Below, one piece after another: positions 21,718-24,000 of a stretch of 24,000 nucleotides of DNA. The notes below the pieces were generated by a model. That model ran no database searches and was not told the DNA's origin. It saw only the letters and a program-made list of their open reading frames with translations. Origin of the DNA: Bdellovibrio sp. UBA4095. Its GTDB lineage: Bacteria > Bdellovibrionota > Bdellovibrionia > Bdellovibrionales > Bdellovibrionaceae. Location: NCBI GenBank assembly GCA_002381805.1, contig DFXZ01000004.1, positions 992,039 through 1,016,038 of the forward strand, given 5' to 3'. Position 1 is the stretch's first letter. Every line of letters starts with the position of its first letter. Position numbers and translations under genes: made by a program.

Positions 21718-22602
21718 ATGAACACAACCAGGCAGAGAGAAATGGCAACAGAGAGCTCAATTGAAAAGATAGATTCTGAAGACGCGCGGGCGCAACGCTT
21801 GGCGATGTACATATATATTTTACCGAACCTTATGACGACAGGTAATCTGTTCTCGGGTTTTTTCGCTATCGTGCAGGCGATTAAAGGAAATTTTCTTTTC
21901 GCGGCTTACGCAATCGTTGTTGCTGCTGTTTTTGACTTGTTGGATGGCCGTCTTGCGCGTTTGACCCGATCGACAAGTAAGTTCGGTGCCGAGTACGATT
22001 CACTCTGCGATTTAGTCAGCTTTGGGGTTGCGCCTGCAGTCCTCATGTTTCAGTGGGCTCTTCATCCGTTTGGTCGACTGGGGTGGATTGCATCTTTCTT
22101 AATGGTGACCTGTGGCGCTTTAAGATTGGCGCGATTTAATGTTCAGGCAAATGTGGTCGAAAAAAACTATTTTCAGGGTCTACCGATTCCTATGTCAGCT
22201 GGTATCGTTGCCTCTTCTGTTTTGGCATTCCAGGATTTAGAGCTCGAACCACTTCGTAACGTCGGTTTGTTGTTAATGACTGTGTTACTGGCCATCGTCA
22301 TGGTTAGTAACTTTCGCTACCGCAGCTTTAAAGACTTGGATCTAAAAGAACGTCTGCCTTTCCGATATTTGCTTCTGGGAGTGGGCGTTTTGGTTGTGGT
22401 GGCTCTCAGACCTGAGGTTATGCTCTTTGTACTCTTCATGGGCTATGCTACTTTAGGTGCCGTGTTTGGTACCTTTAGACTGGGCAAGAATATTCGTAAA
22501 ATTAAACCGAGTGTTTATGCACCAGCTCAAGTCCACGAGAGTGACTTGGTGTTAGAGGAAGAAGAAGTAGAAGAGGCGAAGGAAGATGAGAAGAAAACTT
22601 AA
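21718..22602 (+). CDS. pssA: CDP-diacylglycerol--serine O-phosphatidyltransferase
   Basis: 294 aa. The CDP-alcohol phosphatidyltransferase motif is DLLDGRLARLTRSTSKFGAEYDSLCDLVSFG. It has a PssA-like N-terminus (LPNLMTTGNLFSGFFAI) and an acidic C-terminal tail (LEEEEVEEAKEDEKKT). Confidence 0.88.
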   Translation: MNTTRQREMATESSIEKIDSEDARAQRLAMYIYILPNLMTTGNLFSGFFAIVQAIKGNFLFAAYAIVVAAVFDLLDGRLARLTRSTSKFGAEYDSLCDLVSFGVAPAVLMFQWALHPFGRLGWIASFLMVTCGALRLARFNVQANVVEKNYFQGLPIPMSAGIVASSVLAFQDLELEPLRNVGLLLMTVLLAIVMVSNFRYRSFKDLDLKERLPFRYLLLGVGVLVVVALRPEVMLFVLFMGYATLGAVFGTFRLGKNIRKIKPSVYAPAQVHESDLVLEEEEVEEAKEDEKKT

Positions 22603-23596
22603 AGTCGGAGTCGTCGGTGCGACCGGTATGGTCGGTCAAACATTTATGAAACTTCTCGAGCAGAGAGCGTTTCCAATTGCCGAACTAAGACCCTTTGCTT
22701 CTGAAAATTCACTTGGCAAAAAAATTGATCTCCAGGGTCAGTCATGGGCTTGTCAGACTCTTAAGCCAGCATGTTTTGATGGTTTAGATTTGGTGTTCTT
22801 CTCTTCTGGCGATGATATCTCTAAGGAATGGGCTCCCCTGGCTGTTAAAGCAGGCGCGTTCGCAGTGGATAATTCTGCGGCATTTAGAATGGATCCTAAT
22901 ACCGTACTGGTTGTTCCCGAAGTAAATGGCAATCTTGTAAATAAAGACTCAAAACCGCAGATCATTGCGAATCCAAATTGCTCAACAATTCAGTTGGTTG
23001 TTGCTCTGAAGCCCCTGTTGGACAAATTCGGTTTGGAGGAAGTCAGGGTCAGTACTTATCAGGCAGTCAGCGGAGCCGGACAAGCAGGATTCGATGAGTT
23101 GATCGAGCAAACCTCGGCTCACCAAAAAGATGAGCATGCACCTAAGACCTTTCCGCACACGATTCTGTTCAACTGTATTCCGCAAATTGGCTCTTTCGAT
23201 GATCAGGGCTATTGCAGTGAAGAGGTCAAGATCATGAAGGAGACCCGTAAAATTCTGGGTCAAGAAGGTCTAAAGGTTTCCGCCTTCACAGTACGTATAC
23301 CCGCACTAAATGCGCACAGCGAATCTGTGTGGGTGACTCTTAAGCAAGAGGTCACTCGTGAGCAGGTTTTGGCTGCGCTTAAAGATTTTGATGGAATTGT
23401 CTTGCAGGACGAACCTAAGCAATCGATTTATCCACTGGCTCGTGATGCTTCTGACAAGGATCCTGTGTTTGTGGGACGCGTACACCGAGATCCCGAAAAT
23501 CCAAAGATGTGGTTGATGTGGGTCGTTGCCGACAATATACGCAAAGGTGCAGCCCTCAACGGTATCCAAATAGCTGAAAAAATCTTTTTTAATTAA
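22586..23596 (+). CDS. asd: Aspartate-semialdehyde dehydrogenase
   Basis: 336 aa with KVGVVGATGMVGQ (NADP fold), the active-site block IANPNCSTIQ, and a C-terminal VADNIRKGAALN. AAGGAAG RBS, and a 17-nt overlap with pssA. Confidence 0.95.
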   Translation: MRRKLKVGVVGATGMVGQTFMKLLEQRAFPIAELRPFASENSLGKKIDLQGQSWACQTLKPACFDGLDLVFFSSGDDISKEWAPLAVKAGAFAVDNSAAFRMDPNTVLVVPEVNGNLVNKDSKPQIIANPNCSTIQLVVALKPLLDKFGLEEVRVSTYQAVSGAGQAGFDELIEQTSAHQKDEHAPKTFPHTILFNCIPQIGSFDDQGYCSEEVKIMKETRKILGQEGLKVSAFTVRIPALNAHSESVWVTLKQEVTREQVLAALKDFDGIVLQDEPKQSIYPLARDASDKDPVFVGRVHRDPENPKMWLMWVVADNIRKGAALNGIQIAEKIFFN

Positions 23597-23616
23597 CACG
23601 CAGTTCTTCTCGTAGA

Positions 23617-23659
23617 CTTAGGTCTGGCGGACTCGCATTTTTTGACATACCGACCTAAG
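23617..23659 (+). terminator. Inverted repeat downstream of asd (weak terminator candidate)
   Basis: CTTAGGTC (23617-23624) pairs with GACCTAAG (23652-23659) across a 27-nt loop. The loop contains a mini-hairpin (GCG-GACT-CGC) followed by a T6 run. The structure is atypical for an intrinsic terminator. Confidence 0.25.
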
Positions 23660-23679
23660 CCATGGTTCGATGGAGGGGT

Positions 23680-24000
23680 ATGACTTTTGTTCAAGCGAGA
23701 ACTTTCTTACTTCTCTGTGCTTTGTTGTGGTCTGGCGCAAGCTGGGGCGCTTTAACATCTAATTTTATTGGTGGCGTTTCGAGCACAGATTTGACGGATC
23801 CGGTAAAGCCCATAATTTATGCCGGCTTTGCTGGTACTTGCTCTCCCGATGCGAGCAGCCAAGAGACTTGCAATAGCTGCGACGGAACCGGCCCACTTCC
23901 TTGTAACAGAACGAATGCTTATCCTGCTTTACGATTGCGATTGCAATTAACCTCAACGAACACGGCCCTGACCCCAGCGGGTGTCACATTAACACTTGGT
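23680..24000 (+). CDS. 5' part of a secreted Cys-containing protein (partial, runs off the right edge)
   Basis: This ORF is not in the supplied track because it has no stop. ATG at 23680 follows a GGAGGGG RBS. My own translation is MTFVQARTFLLLCALLWSGASWG|ALTSNFIGGVSS...GTCSPDASSQETCNSCDGTGPLPCNRTNAYP..., open to position 24000. It has a clear signal peptide. Confidence 0.5.
   Translation, partial: MTFVQARTFLLLCALLWSGASWGALTSNFIGGVSSTDLTDPVKPIIYAGFAGTCSPDASSQETCNSCDGTGPLPCNRTNAYPALRLRLQLTSTNTALTPAGVTLTLG

Noticed and set aside
21025-23596. The lipid-kinase-like gene, pssA and asd as a possible unusual system
   Set aside because: These are ordinary housekeeping genes with canonical motifs. 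The pssA acidic tail and the 17-nt pssA/asd overlap are minor and consistent with the general compaction of this genome.
1-24000. CRISPR arrays, tRNA/rRNA genes, IS elements, integrases, long direct repeats
   Set aside because: I saw no spaced direct repeats, cloverleaf-compatible segments or transposase/integrase-like ORFs. The intergenic space is too small (largest gap ~185 bp) to hide such elements.

Overview
This is a densely packed chromosomal segment from a diderm bacterium: about 24 protein genes, most intergenic gaps under 120 bp, and many start/stop overlaps. I found no rRNA, tRNA, CRISPR array, IS or phage genes. The gene content fits a Bdellovibrio-like or other delta-proteobacterial-type predator: DivIVA plus a Maf-YggS fusion alongside OMP/ExbBD envelope genes, a Tad-type platform gene, and several FHA/TPR membrane proteins. 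That lineage call is inference only. Housekeeping genes are valS, proC, asd, pssA, a polyprenol/DAG-kinase-like gene, an MFS exporter, two beta-barrel OMPs, and a division-associated operon (maf-yggS, proC, divIVA, yggU). The stand-out region is 10750-17421, a six-gene translationally coupled operon. It encodes an orphan TadB/TadC-type platform protein, a DUF192 protein, three inner-membrane proteins carrying four FHA domains, and a PP2C-fold protein with degraded catalytic motifs. One FHA protein has the architecture FHA-TM-periplasmic domain-TM-HAMP-PAS with no transmitter. The other two are FHA-(Pro-rich linker)-TM-TPR. The window holds no kinase, secretion ATPase, secretin or pilin. I read this operon as a candidate phosphothreonine-reader scaffold or regulatory module for a Tad-like envelope machine encoded elsewhere, and I do not recognise its composition as a characterised system. 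Secondary curiosities: a sulfatase-fold protein with an SxPxL motif instead of (C/S)xPxR; an ExbB-ExbD pair followed by a non-TonB anchored protein; a Cys-less rhodanese domain; an OMP with an 81-aa charged tail; several small palindromes at promoters or RBSs; and two convergent gene pairs with abutting or overlapping stop codons. All product calls come from motif recognition by eye, and no database search was run.
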